Part shown: in pieces, positions 23,692 through 35,426 of the stretch | How positions within the stretch are numbered: position 1 is the stretch's first letter | Layout: every line of letters starts with the position of its first letter | NCBI GenBank assembly: GCA_043748985.1 | Contig: JAYVEG010000301.1 | Location: forward strand, 1 to 56,108 | Source of the DNA: Rhodospirillales bacterium | GTDB lineage: Bacteria > Pseudomonadota > Alphaproteobacteria > Acetobacterales > Acetobacteraceae | Direction of reading: 5' to 3' | DNA: 56,108 bases | Notes under the pieces: model-generated | The model's input: only the letters and a program-made list of their open reading frames with translations | The model's database searches: none | Told to the model about the DNA's origin: nothing | Translations under genes and position numbers: made by a program

Positions 23692-26190
23692 ATGCTGGGC
23701 TTCCCTACCCGGGTCAAGGCGGTGCTCGGGCCAACGAATACCGGCAAGACCCACCTTGCGATCGAGCGGATGCTTGCGCATTCGTCGGGTATTATCGGCT
23801 TCCCGCTGCGCCTGTTGGCGCGTGAAAATTACGACCGGATGGTTGCCAAGAAGGGTGTGCGCAACGTTGCGCTGATCACCGGGGAAGAAAAGATCGTACC
23901 GGCGAATGCGCGCTGGTTTTCCTGTACTGTGGAGGCGATGCCGCTGGACTACCCGGCGGAGTTCGTGGCCGTCGACGAGATCCAGCTTTGCGCCGACCCC
24001 GATCGCGGTCATGTGTTCACGGAACGGCTGCTGCATGCACGCGGGCTGGTGGAAACCATGTTCCTGGGCGCCGAGACGATTCGTCCCCTGCTGCAGAGAC
24101 TCATACCGAAGGCCGAGGTGGAAACCCGGCCGCGGCTGTCGCAGCTAACCTATGCCGGGCCGGCCAAGCTGGTGCGTCTGCCGCCACGCAGTGCCGTGGT
24201 CGCGTTCAGCGCGGCGGAAGTCTATGCCATCGCGGAGTTGATCCGGCGTCGTCGCGGCGGATGTGCTGTGGTGATGGGGCGGCTGAGCCCCCGCACGCGC
24301 AATGCGCAGGTCAAGCTTTATCAGGACAAGGAGGTCGATTTCCTTGTCGCGACCGACGCCATCGGCATGGGGCTCAACATGGATGTGGATCATGTTGCCT
24401 TTGCCAATCTGGCCAAGTTCGATGGACGCCGTCCCCGCCGGCTGACGGCGTCCGAGATCGCGCAGATCGCCGGGCGTGCGGGGCGCGGCATGCGGGACGG
24501 CACCTTCGGGACGACGGGCACCTGCCCGCCGTTGGAGGATGACCTGGTCCGCGCCGTGGAGGGGCACAGCTTCGAGCCGCTCGAACAGCTATATTGGCGT
24601 AACGCCGAGCTCGATCTCGATAGCGTCGATACGCTGCGCGCGAGCCTGGAGATGCCACCGCGGCATCCGGGCCTGGTGCGCGGGCCCGACGCCACCGACC
24701 TCGAGACGCTCGAGGCGCTGTCGCGCGAGGTGGAGATCCGGGATCTCGCGCGGGGTCGCCGCCGGGTGCGGCTGTTGTGGGAAACGTGCGGCATCCCGGA
24801 TTTCCGCAAGCTGGCCGACGACACCCATACGCGGCTGTGCGCTCGGGTTTTCACCCACCTGGCGCGCGACGGCCGGGTGCCGACCGAATGGCTGGAGACC
24901 GGGATTGCGGGGCTCGCACGGACGGAGGGCGATATCGACACGCTGATGCAGCGACTGTCGGGTGTGCGCGTCTGGTCCTATATCGCCGCCCGCACCGACT
25001 GGGTGTCCGATGCGTTCGCATGGCAGGCGCAGACCCGCGCGGTGGAGGACCTGCTGTCGGACGCGTTGCACGAGCGGTTGACCGCCCGCTTCGTCGACCG
25101 CCGGGCGGCCCACCTGATGCGCCGGTTGGATGAACGCGACGGAGAGGAGTTGCTGTCCGCCGTGACAGCGCGCAACGAGGTGGTGGTGGAGGGTCATCCG
25201 GTCGGGCACGTTGAGGGTTTTCAGTTCGTGCCGGACCCGGGGGCGGAGGGTCCGGAAAAGCGGATGGTGTTGCGGGCAGCCCGGCGCGCGCTGCACGCAT
25301 GGATGCCCGGCCGGGTGCGTGCGCTGGAGGCCGCTGCCGACGACGCGTTCGAATGGCGCGGCGACCACCGCCTGACATTCCAGGGTGCGGTCATCGCTCG
25401 CCTGCGGCCGGGACCGGCGTTCCTGCAGCCACAGATCGACGTGCTGGACAGCGAATACCTGGATGGCCCCGACCGCGAGCGGCTGCGACTGCGGCTCGAT
25501 CGCTTCGTGCGCACGGGGATCGCAGCCGATTTGGCCCCGCTGTTCGCGGCCGAGGCGGCCACCGCGGACGACCCGGCGTTGCGCGGGCCCATGCATCGCG
25601 TGACGGAGGCGGGGGGTGTGGTTTCTGGTGCAACGGAAGACGACATCGAGCCCGGTTTGCGGGGCCCGTTGAAGGCGGCGGGCATCCGGGCCGGACGCTT
25701 CGCGCTGTTCATTCCTCCGGCGCTGAAGCCGCGTGCGTCGGCCATGCGGGCGGCGCTGTGGGCGCTGCGACGCGCGGTGCCGACGCCGTCATTGCCGGCG
25801 CCTGGCCTGGTATCGTGCCCGCCGCCGCCCGATTGGCCGCCGGGTTTTGCGAATGCGATGGGTTGGGTGCTGGCCGGACCGGTGCTCATACGCCTCGATA
25901 TCGCGGAACGCATCATGGCCGAACTGGCTTATGCCACAAGGCGCGAACGGGCCGTGCTGCCGCCGGACCTCGCGTCGCGGCTGGCGATACCGGCCGCCAG
26001 CCTATCGGCGGTGCTGCATGGGCTTGGGGTGCGCCTGGCCCCGCCCGAGTTGCTTGGTGCCGACTATTATGGGCCGCCGGCGCCGCCGATGCTGTTACCG
26101 CGCCGGCGCCCGCGGATGGTTGCGGTGCGTCCGGCGCCACCGGTCCGGCCGGACAACCCTTTCGCCGTGCTGGCGGCGCTCCGCCGGTAG
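23692..26190 (+). CDS. SUV3-like helicase-related protein (superfamily 2)
   Basis: From ORF 23650-26190, with the start moved to ATG 23692. It has GPTNTGKTH (Walker A), VAVDEIQL (DExx-type motif II) and VATDAIGMGLN...QIAGRAGR (motifs V/VI). A long Arg/Ala-rich C-terminal region follows, as in alphaproteobacterial homologues. Confidence 0.85.
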   Translation: MLGFPTRVKAVLGPTNTGKTHLAIERMLAHSSGIIGFPLRLLARENYDRMVAKKGVRNVALITGEEKIVPANARWFSCTVEAMPLDYPAEFVAVDEIQLCADPDRGHVFTERLLHARGLVETMFLGAETIRPLLQRLIPKAEVETRPRLSQLTYAGPAKLVRLPPRSAVVAFSAAEVYAIAELIRRRRGGCAVVMGRLSPRTRNAQVKLYQDKEVDFLVATDAIGMGLNMDVDHVAFANLAKFDGRRPRRLTASEIAQIAGRAGRGMRDGTFGTTGTCPPLEDDLVRAVEGHSFEPLEQLYWRNAELDLDSVDTLRASLEMPPRHPGLVRGPDATDLETLEALSREVEIRDLARGRRRVRLLWETCGIPDFRKLADDTHTRLCARVFTHLARDGRVPTEWLETGIAGLARTEGDIDTLMQRLSGVRVWSYIAARTDWVSDAFAWQAQTRAVEDLLSDALHERLTARFVDRRAAHLMRRLDERDGEELLSAVTARNEVVVEGHPVGHVEGFQFVPDPGAEGPEKRMVLRAARRALHAWMPGRVRALEAAADDAFEWRGDHRLTFQGAVIARLRPGPAFLQPQIDVLDSEYLDGPDRERLRLRLDRFVRTGIAADLAPLFAAEAATADDPALRGPMHRVTEAGGVVSGATEDDIEPGLRGPLKAAGIRAGRFALFIPPALKPRASAMRAALWALRRAVPTPSLPAPGLVSCPPPPDWPPGFANAMGWVLAGPVLIRLDIAERIMAELAYATRRERAVLPPDLASRLAIPAASLSAVLHGLGVRLAPPELLGADYYGPPAPPMLLPRRRPRMVAVRPAPPVRPDNPFAVLAALRR

Positions 26191-26481
26191 ATGCAGGAAG
26201 ACCGTGACTGGCAGCGTCTGGACAAATGGCTTTGGTGTGCGCGGTTCATGAAGGCGCGAGCCGATTGCGCGCGCCTTGTGCAGGGTGGTTTCGTCCGCCT
26301 GAACCGGCAGCCCACGGACAAGCCGCATGCCCGGCTGCGGCCCGGCGACGTGCTCACCATCCCACTTCGCAACGAGGTTGTCGTCGTGCGGGTTGTCACC
26401 CTCGCCACGCGCCGTGGCCCGGCGCCCGAGGCCCGCAGTTTGTATGAGCTGGTGGCTGTTCCTGCGCCTTGCGCTTCCTGA
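26191..26481 (+). CDS. RNA-binding S4-domain protein (Hsp15/HslR-like)
   Basis: QRLDKWLWCARFMKARADCARLVQGGFVRLNRQPTDKPHARLRPGDVLTI matches the S4 alpha-L motif. It starts immediately after the helicase stop. Confidence 0.8.
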   Translation: MQEDRDWQRLDKWLWCARFMKARADCARLVQGGFVRLNRQPTDKPHARLRPGDVLTIPLRNEVVVVRVVTLATRRGPAPEARSLYELVAVPAPCAS

Positions 26482-26527
26482 ATTTCGACCGCATATCCGA
26501 GGCCGTCCGGCCGATTAGGAGTATGCG

Positions 26528-26854
26528 ATGACCTATGTGGTCACCGAAAGCTGCATCAAGTGCAAATACATGGATTGCGTGGAGGTGTGTCCCGTCGATT
26601 GCTTCTACGTAGGCGCCAACATGCTGGTGATCCATCCGGACGAGTGCATCGACTGTGGCGTATGCGAGCCGGAGTGCCCTGCGGAGGCGATCGTTCCCGA
26701 CAGCGACGACAAGGCGGCCGCCTGGGCGGAGCGTAACCGTTCGTTTTCGACGACGTGGCCGAACATCGTTCGCAAGGGTACGGCGCCTGCGGACGCCGAC
26801 GAGTGGAAGGACAAGCCTGGCAAGGAGGCTTTGTTCGATCCCGCGCCGGGCTGA
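26528..26854 (+). CDS. fdxA: 7Fe ferredoxin (FdxA type)
   Basis: [29 protein letters not shown]...[12 protein letters not shown] has the diagnostic Cys spacing for a [3Fe-4S][4Fe-4S] ferredoxin. Confidence 0.92.
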   Translation: MTYVVTESCIKCKYMDCVEVCPVDCFYVGANMLVIHPDECIDCGVCEPECPAEAIVPDSDDKAAAWAERNRSFSTTWPNIVRKGTAPADADEWKDKPGKEALFDPAPG

Positions 26855-27030
26855 GGCATTTGCTACGGGGGATGATTACTCTCCGGGTGTGACTTTTCGG
26901 CAAAAAGCTGTTATTGCTTTAGCTCACGACGGGTCATTTTTCGTGAGCGGCCGAAGATTCGGCTGCAGTCGCGCCCCCGACCTTTCAGACGAGCCGCCCG
27001 TTGCCACGCGGGCCAGGAGCAATCGCCACC

Positions 27031-27768
27031 GTGCCGAGCAAGACCGCCGCCAAGCCCGCCCCCATCAAGGCACCCACGCCCGTGACCGCGCCTCCGGTCC
27101 AGATCGCCGAAGTTCCCGCGAAGGTTCAACCGCCCGCCTACGACCCGAACATGCGGCAGCAAACCAAGATGCCCGGCCATATGCCCGGCATGCACGGCCG
27201 TCCGCAGATCGCGCCGCGCGCAATGGCCGCCAAGGAGAACTTCGTCGAGGGCGACTATGTCGTCTATCCAACCCATGGCGTCGGTAAGGTCGAGCGGATC
27301 GCGACCGAAGAGATTGCAGGGCACAAGCTCGAACTGATCCATATCACATTCGAAGAGAACCGCATGACCCTGCGGGTCCCGGTTTCGAAGGCGCGGACGG
27401 CCGGGTTGCGGAAGCTGGCGACGCGCAAGACGTTCGACGAGGCGCTTGCGCTGCTGAAGGGTCGCGCGCGGATCAAGCGGACCATGTGGTCGCGCCGTGC
27501 CCAGGAGTACGACGCGAAGATCAATAGCGGCGATCCCATGGCGATTGCCGAGGTTGTCCGGGACCTGCACCGCAACGCCGGGCAGCCGGACCAGAGCTTT
27601 TCCGAGCGGCAGATCTACGAAGCCGCGATGGACCGGTTGGCAGCGGAGCTTGCGGCACTCGACAAGACCGACAAGCCGACCGCCGCTCAGAAGCTGGCCG
27701 AGTATTTGAAGTCCATCACGAAGACTGGTGCGGCGGCCGAACCGGAGATCGAAGAACCCGAGGACTGA
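27031..27768 (+). CDS. carD: CarD/CdnL-family RNA-polymerase-binding regulator with a Pro/Ala/Lys-rich N-terminal extension
   Basis: The core is FVEGDYVVYPTHGVGKVERI...LRVPVSKA...RRAQEYDAKINSGD. The start is uncertain: TTG 27001, GTG 27031 (AGGAG 11 nt upstream), or internal ATGs. The upstream 65-75 codons keep high GC3. Confidence 0.85.
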   Translation: MPSKTAAKPAPIKAPTPVTAPPVQIAEVPAKVQPPAYDPNMRQQTKMPGHMPGMHGRPQIAPRAMAAKENFVEGDYVVYPTHGVGKVERIATEEIAGHKLELIHITFEENRMTLRVPVSKARTAGLRKLATRKTFDEALALLKGRARIKRTMWSRRAQEYDAKINSGDPMAIAEVVRDLHRNAGQPDQSFSERQIYEAAMDRLAAELAALDKTDKPTAAQKLAEYLKSITKTGAAAEPEIEEPED

Positions 27769-27783
27769 CACGGACAGGGCGGC

Positions 27784-27819
27784 GGCGTAAGGGCGGCTGG
27801 TTTCACCCGCCTTTACGCC
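27784..27819. terminator. bidirectional intrinsic-terminator-like hairpin between convergent carD and guaB
   Basis: GGCGTAAGGGCGG-ctggtttca-(C)CCGCCTTTACGCC forms a 13-bp stem with one G-T pair. It is flanked by the carD stop (27766-27768) and the guaB stop (27846-27848). Confidence 0.5.
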
Positions 27820-27845
27820 GGTGGCTGTCGTTGTGAGCGGGGCGT

Positions 27846-29378
<1,533 letters not shown>

Positions 29379-29517
29379 TCATGCGGGGCCTTTTGTGGCG
29401 CGCTCGATACGCGCGACGCTCGCCGGGCTCCCTGCCTTGGCAGGTTGATGTAAGCGTCGGGGGACGAGGACGCAAGCGCAGCATGATGACGGGTTGGCTG
29501 GGTTGCGCTGGCGTTCG

Positions 29518-29555
29518 GACCCTCACCCTGGCCCTCTTCCGCAAGCGGGAGGGGG
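29518..29555 (-). repeat. GC-rich REP-like hairpin repeat, copy B
   Basis: GACCCTCACCCTGGCCCTCTTCCGCAAGCGGGAGGGGG. The reverse complement carries the AGAGGGCCAGGGTGAGGGTC core. An 11-bp imperfect stem is CCCTCTTCCGC/GCGGGAGGGGG. It lies 12 nt beyond the 3' end of the narK pseudogene. Confidence 0.55.
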
Positions 29556-29566
29556 AATGGGCGGCA

Positions 29567-30770
29567 CTAGGCGGTGACTGCGGTCATAGCGGTGTGGCGT
29601 TGTTGGATGAGCGCTTCGGCATAGGGGCGCTGCTTGTTGGACTTGTGTTCCTCGGAGAAGCGGATGACGAGGGAGCAGAGGGCCATTGTCATGATGCACA
29701 TGCCGAGCCCCAGGAGACAGGTCTGCTGGGACGCGACCTGGCGTTTGAGGATCCCGGCGAGCATTGCGCCGCGGTTGCCGCCGGCCCCAATGATCCCTGC
29801 GACGCCACCGAGGGCCTTGGGATCAACGAAGGGCATGAGGGCGTAGGTGGCGCCACAAGCCATAAGGGTGAACAGGCCGAACCATGGCCCCGATGGCGAG
29901 GCCGACGGGAGGCGCCTGGTTGAAGAGGACGAGGCCGGCGCCCTCGAACAGCATCAGCATGAACAGCAGCGAGGTGCGACCATCGAGGCCTTTTTGGCAG
30001 CGATGCGGTCGCTGAAGATGCCGCCCATGGCCAAGCCGAACAACGCGATCAGGCCGGATGTGCCGGCAGCGAGGCCGGCGGAGGTGATCGTCAGGCCGAA
30101 CTGGTCGACGTAGTAGCTGGCGGCGATGTTGTGGACGAAGATCTCGACGCAGAAGCAGCCGCCATAGGTGATGGCCTTGCCCTCCGGCTCGGACCCGGCA
30201 GCGCGGATGTCGGCGACGTTGCTCTGGGGCGGGTCGTGCGTGCAGCGGGCGTAGGAGTACGCCATCACCAGCATGACCAGGACACGGACGAACAGGGCGA
30301 TGCGCCAGCCCAGGGTTTGTTCGACGCCGAAGCCGAGCAGACCGGCGACGATGGACGGCATTGTGGATTAGGTGACGCCGCCGCCTGCTTTGCCCCAATC
30401 GCCGACGGTAGAGTTGGCGGTGCCGCCCACGTTTGGCGTGAACATGACGCTGGTTAGATGTTGCGTGATGACGAAGGACGCCCCAGTGGCGCCAATGCAT
30501 CACGGGCCTATGCGGTCGCACATGGGGCGATGACGACGCGGACGAGAATGGTGATGAATACGGCTGCGATGTTGATGTCGGCGACCTGCTGCCGGGTCAG
30601 CGCGGATTCCTTGACGATCAGCCGCATGAGGAGTGCGGCGGCGAAGGTGAGTGCGGACTTGTTGGAAAGCAGGAGCGCGTTGTTGTCGGACCGAGTCTCG
30701 GCATTGGCCTTGATCGAGGTCTTGTTGCCGCCCAGCGCTTGGTGCTGGCGGCGGCGGCGGTGGCGCCGAT
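29567..30770 (-). pseudogene. narK: nitrate/nitrite transporter (NarK/NNP-family MFS) pseudogene with several frame breaks and an in-frame stop
   Basis: NarK-like segments are spread over three frames:
- N-terminal: LLLSNKSALTFAAALL...RQQVADINIAAVFITILVRVVIAP, then PMCDRIGP in another frame.
- Middle: VGDWGKAGGGVT-TAA-STMPSIVAGLLGFG, where the stop at 30368-30370 falls inside the GWGNxGGGxTQ-type signature.
- Downstream: LLFMLMLFEGAGLVLF in a third frame.
- C-terminal: MACGATYALMPFVDPKALGGVAGIIGAGGNRGAM.
The 5' limit is approximate. Confidence 0.7.
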
Positions 30771-30968
30771 CTTCGCGGTGGTGGACCGGGGCTGTGCCGA
30801 TGATATCCAACGGGACGGAGGCGTACGAGCAGGCGGCGCAGGTGCTGATCGGGGATCGGATGGAGATGTTCGAGGCGCCCGGTGTGCCTGTGGCGGGGGG
30901 CATGGCTGGGGGGGGCGGGGACGCCGCCCGCCTCTGGGGTATAAGGGGTGGGTTGGACGGAGTCGGGC

Positions 30969-31892
30969 ATGCGGATCGGGATCGTTGGGGCGGGTATGGC
31001 GGGGCTGGCGTGCGGGACGCTGCTGGCGCGGCATCACACGGTTGCGTTGTTCGACAAGGGGCGTGGAGCGGGGGGGCGGATGGCGACCCGGCGCGTGATG
31101 ACGACAACCGGAGAGGCGGCGTTCGACCATGGGGCGCAGTATTTTACGGTGCGGGATGACGGGTTCCGGATCCAGGTGGAGGTCTGGGCGGCGGCGGGGC
31201 TGGTCGCGCGCTGGCCCGCGGCAGGGGCCGACGCCTGGGTAGGGGTTCCGGGGATGAACGCGCCGGTGAAGGCGTTGGCGGCGGGACTGGATGTGCAATG
31301 GAGCGCGGCGGTGGATGCCCTGGCGCATGAGGACGGTGGTTGGCGGTTGACGGGTGCAGGGTTGGCCGTCGGGCCATTCGATGCGGTCGTTATGGCGATC
31401 CCGGCGGAGCAGGCGGGGCCTCTGCTGGCGCCCTGGCGCGCAGAGTGGGCGGCACGGGCGGCGGCGTGCCACGCGCTGCCCTGCTGGACGGTGATGGCTG
31501 CGTTCGACGGGCGCGTGGGGGCGGAGGACGTTTTGCGGGAGGCCGGAGCGATCGGCTGGGCGGCGCGGAATTCGGCCAAGCCCGGTCGCGGGGGACCCGA
31601 GGCGTGGGTGATCCAGATGGGGGCGGAGTGGTCGCGCGAGCATTTGGAGGAGGCGTCTGACGCGATCGTGCCGCAGGTGATGGCGGCGTTCGGGGCGCGA
31701 GTGGGGGGTTTGCCGGGCATTCTGTCGGCCACGGCGCATCGGTGGCGGTATGCGAAGTCGGGGAAGGATGGAACCGGGGCGCTGTGGGACGCGGGGCTTG
31801 GGCTTGGGGTGTGCGGGGATTGGTTGCTGGGTCCGCGGGTGGAGTCTGCGTGGGTCTCGGGGACGGGGCTGGCGGCGGGGATCGGGCGTTAG
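30969..31892 (+). CDS. NAD(P)/FAD-dependent oxidoreductase (amine-oxidase/renalase-like)
   Basis: From ORF 30948-31892, with the start moved to ATG 30969. MRIGIVGAGMAGLACGTLL...LFDKGRGAGGRMATRR is a dinucleotide-binding fold followed by the GR motif. The C-terminal CGDW...G is typical of the family. Confidence 0.8.
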   Translation: MRIGIVGAGMAGLACGTLLARHHTVALFDKGRGAGGRMATRRVMTTTGEAAFDHGAQYFTVRDDGFRIQVEVWAAAGLVARWPAAGADAWVGVPGMNAPVKALAAGLDVQWSAAVDALAHEDGGWRLTGAGLAVGPFDAVVMAIPAEQAGPLLAPWRAEWAARAAACHALPCWTVMAAFDGRVGAEDVLREAGAIGWAARNSAKPGRGGPEAWVIQMGAEWSREHLEEASDAIVPQVMAAFGARVGGLPGILSATAHRWRYAKSGKDGTGALWDAGLGLGVCGDWLLGPRVESAWVSGTGLAAGIGR

Positions 31893-32566
31893 GAGGGAGG
31901 GCGGAAGCCCAGGGCGACGACGTAGAGCTCGCTGGATTCCTTGCGGCTGGCCGGGGGTTTGGCGTGCTTGACGGTGGTGAAGTGGCGCTTGAGCTGGTCG
32001 AGCATCTGCTTCTCGGAGCCGCCCTGGAAGACTTTCGCGACGAAGGCACCACCGGGTTCGAGCATTTCCATGGCGAAGTGGAGCGCCAGGTCGGCGAGGC
32101 CCATGATGCGGATGTGGTCGGTCATGGTGTGGCCGGTGGTGTTGGGCGCCATATCCGATAGGACGAGGTCGGCGCGACCGTCGAGGACGTGCTTGAGGCG
32201 GGCTTCCATGGAGTCGTCGGTGAAGTCGCCCTGGATGAGGGAGGCGCCGGTGATGGGCTCGATGGCGAGGAGGTCGATGCCGACGACCTTTGCCGCACCT
32301 TTCTTCACAGCCACCTGGGTCCAACCGCCGGGTGCGGCACCGAGGTCGACGACGCGGACGCCGGGCTTGAGGAGGTGAAATCTTTCGTCGAGTTCCAAGA
32401 GCTTGAAGGCGGCGCGGGAGCGCCAGCCTTGTTCCTGGGCAGCGCGGACGTAGGGGTCGTTGAGTTGCCGCTGGAGCCATTTCTGCTGACCGGTGGTGCG
32501 GCCGAGGGATTTCTTCAGTGTCACGCGCAGGCCGCGGGACGTGCCCGGTGGGGTTTTGGATGGCAT
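31889..32566 (-). CDS. rlmE: 23S rRNA (uridine2552-2'-O)-methyltransferase RlmE/FtsJ
   Basis: WLQRQLNDPYV...GWRSRAAFKLLELDE...VVDLGAAPGGWTQV...VLSDMAPN are canonical FtsJ motifs. Confidence 0.92.
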   Translation of the reverse strand: MPSKTPPGTSRGLRVTLKKSLGRTTGQQKWLQRQLNDPYVRAAQEQGWRSRAAFKLLELDERFHLLKPGVRVVDLGAAPGGWTQVAVKKGAAKVVGIDLLAIEPITGASLIQGDFTDDSMEARLKHVLDGRADLVLSDMAPNTTGHTMTDHIRIMGLADLALHFAMEMLEPGGAFVAKVFQGGSEKQMLDQLKRHFTTVKHAKPPASRKESSELYVVALGFRPPS

Positions 32567-32570
32567 GGGG

Positions 32571-33602
32571 TCAGGCCAGTTGGGGCGCGGGCGCGGGCCG
32601 GGATGAGGTTGGGGCGTGCATCATTTGCATGAGCATACCCTCGCGGAGGCCTCTGTCCGCCACGGTGACTTCGGCCATCGGCCATGTGTCGCGGATTGCC
32701 TGGTAGACAGCGCAGCCGGGGAGAACGAAATCAGCCCGCTCGGGGCCGACGCAGGGATGGGCGCGAAGGCCCTCCCGTCCGAGGCCGCGGAGCAGGGTGA
32801 GGGCGGCATCGCTGGCGGCGGCGGTGAGGGTAGTGCCGTCGATGAGAGGGCGTCGGTAGCGGGCGAGATTGAGGGCGACGCCGGCCAGGGTAGTGACGGT
32901 GCCGCTGGTGCCGAGGAGCTGCACACCGCCCTGCTGGACCTCACGGGCGATGCGATGGGTTCGTTCGAAGGCGGCGAGAGGGTCGCGGACTTCGGCGACC
33001 ATGGCCTCGAAGCCGACTGCGTCGAAGCTGGTGGCGGCGTGGCGCTCGGCGAGGGTGACGACTCCTGCGGGAAGGGTGGCGTAGCCGATGAGGTCCGGGC
33101 GGCGATTGGGGGTGTCGAGGCGGACCCAGGCCAGCTCGGTAGAGCCGCCGCCGATATCGAAGAGGAGGGCGCGGCGCGCGCTTGGGGAGAAGAGCGGGGC
33201 GCAGCTTTCGAGGGCGAGCAGGGCTTCGACGCGGGGTGAGATGGTCGTGAAGCGGAGGCCGGTTTCGGCGTGGACGCGTTCGAGGAAGGCAGGACCGTTG
33301 ACGGCGCGGCGACAGGCTTCAGTGGCGACGGCGCGCAGGGCGCGGATGGGGCGACGGGTGAGCCGGGTCGCGACCGCGTGGAGAGCTTCGATGGTGCGGT
33401 CCATGGCGTGGTCGTCGAGATGGCCCGTTGCCTGGAGGCCCTCGCCCAGGCGGACGATGCGGCTGAAGCTGTCGATGACGCGGAAGCCGGCGCGGGTTGG
33501 GGCTGCTGCGAGCATGCGGCAGTTGTTGGTTCCCAGGTCCAGGGCGACGAAAACGCCGTCCGGGCCGTTGACGCTGGCACGACTGATCTCGTGCCTGTTC
33601 AT
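32571..33602 (-). CDS. ppx: Ppx/GppA-family phosphatase
   Basis: VALDLGTNNCRMLAA, LFDIGGGSTEL and LLGTSGTVTTLA are ASKHA-fold phosphate-binding motifs. At 343 aa it is the short form. Confidence 0.85.
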   Translation of the reverse strand: MNRHEISRASVNGPDGVFVALDLGTNNCRMLAAAPTRAGFRVIDSFSRIVRLGEGLQATGHLDDHAMDRTIEALHAVATRLTRRPIRALRAVATEACRRAVNGPAFLERVHAETGLRFTTISPRVEALLALESCAPLFSPSARRALLFDIGGGSTELAWVRLDTPNRRPDLIGYATLPAGVVTLAERHAATSFDAVGFEAMVAEVRDPLAAFERTHRIAREVQQGGVQLLGTSGTVTTLAGVALNLARYRRPLIDGTTLTAAASDAALTLLRGLGREGLRAHPCVGPERADFVLPGCAVYQAIRDTWPMAEVTVADRGLREGMLMQMMHAPTSSRPAPAPQLA

Positions 33603-33695
33603 ACCGTCCGCCGCTGCCGTGCTCGGGTCGTGCGCATCGGCGTATTGTGTTGATGTTTGGGCTGGCGGCGCAAGGCTAAGTCTCGGACTACGCCG

Positions 33696-34580
<885 letters not shown>

Positions 34581-34615
34581 CGGCTTCCTATCGGGATCGT
34601 CTGGTCCGCTGAAGA

Positions 34616-34660
34616 GAACCCTCGCCCCGGCCCTCTCCCGAAGAGAGAGGGAGAAGGGGG
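34616..34660 (-). repeat. GC-rich REP-like hairpin repeat, copy C
   Basis: GAACCCTCGCCCCGGCCCTCTCCCGAAGAGAGAGGGAGAAGGGGG. The reverse complement carries AGAGGGCCGGGGCGAGGGTTC. A 7-bp stem is CCCTCTC/GAGAGGG. It ends 1 nt beyond the petC stop codon. Confidence 0.55.
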
Positions 34661-34661
34661 A

Positions 34662-35426
34662 CTAGTGGACGTCTTTCCAGATCTGCTTCTTCACGGCGTA
34701 GGTGAGGCCGGTCATGAGGGTCAGGATCAGCACGATCTTGACGCCCATGCGCTTGCGGGCTTCGGCCTCGGGGTTGGCTGCCCAAGTGAGGAAGCTGGTG
34801 ACGTCGAGAGACATCTGGTCGATGGAGGATTTGGTGCCGTCGGCATAGGTGACCTGGCCGTCGTTCAACGGCTGCGGCATGGCGAGCAGGTGGCCGGGGA
34901 AGTACTTGTTGTAGTACTGACCGGCTGCCGGCTTCACGTCCGGGGGGGGTTCGGAGTAGCCGTTGAGTAGGGCGTGGATATAGTCGGGCCCGCCCTCGCG
35001 TGCGTTGACGATGAGCGACTGGTCAGGCGGAAGTGCGCCACCATTGGCGGCGCGGGCTGCCTTGTCGTTCGGAAACGGGTGCTTGAACTTGTCCGACGGG
35101 AGACCGGCGCGCTCAATGGGCTGGCCGGCATCGTCGGTGTCACCGCCGATCTGCTTGGTGGCGGCGATGGCCTTGATCTGCTCCTCGCTGAGCCCGATTC
35201 CGGACAGGTTGCGATAGGAGAGGAGGTTCATCGAATGGCAGTTCGAACAGACCTCGTTATAGACCTGGAAGCCGCGCTGCACGGAAGCCCGGTCATAGGT
35301 GCCGAAAGGGCCGTCGAAGCTCCATTTAACGTGCGGCGGCTCGGACGCTTCGGTGGCGGCGTGCGCCGGGATGCCGGCGAGGGCGACGAACGCCCCCGCG
35401 AGCAATGCGGCGTTGAACATACGCAT
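34662..35426 (-). CDS. petC: cytochrome c1
   Basis: From ORF 34662-35657, with the start moved to ATG 35426 ([23 protein letters not shown] signal). It has a CSNCHS haem site and a C-terminal membrane anchor. The start overlaps the petB stop (TGATG). Confidence 0.92.
   Translation of the reverse strand: MRMFNAALLAGAFVALAGIPAHAATEASEPPHVKWSFDGPFGTYDRASVQRGFQVYNEVCSNCHSMNLLSYRNLSGIGLSEEQIKAIAATKQIGGDTDDAGQPIERAGLPSDKFKHPFPNDKAARAANGGALPPDQSLIVNAREGGPDYIHALLNGYSEPPPDVKPAAGQYYNKYFPGHLLAMPQPLNDGQVTYADGTKSSIDQMSLDVTSFLTWAANPEAEARKRMGVKIVLILTLMTGLTYAVKKQIWKDVH

Noticed and set aside
29823-30521. The 232-aa ORF as an independent gene.
   Set aside because: It is a chimeric out-of-frame read through the narK pseudogene. 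Only a short internal part (LLFMLMLFEGAGLVLF...) looks like transporter sequence, and the rest is Arg/His-rich junk.
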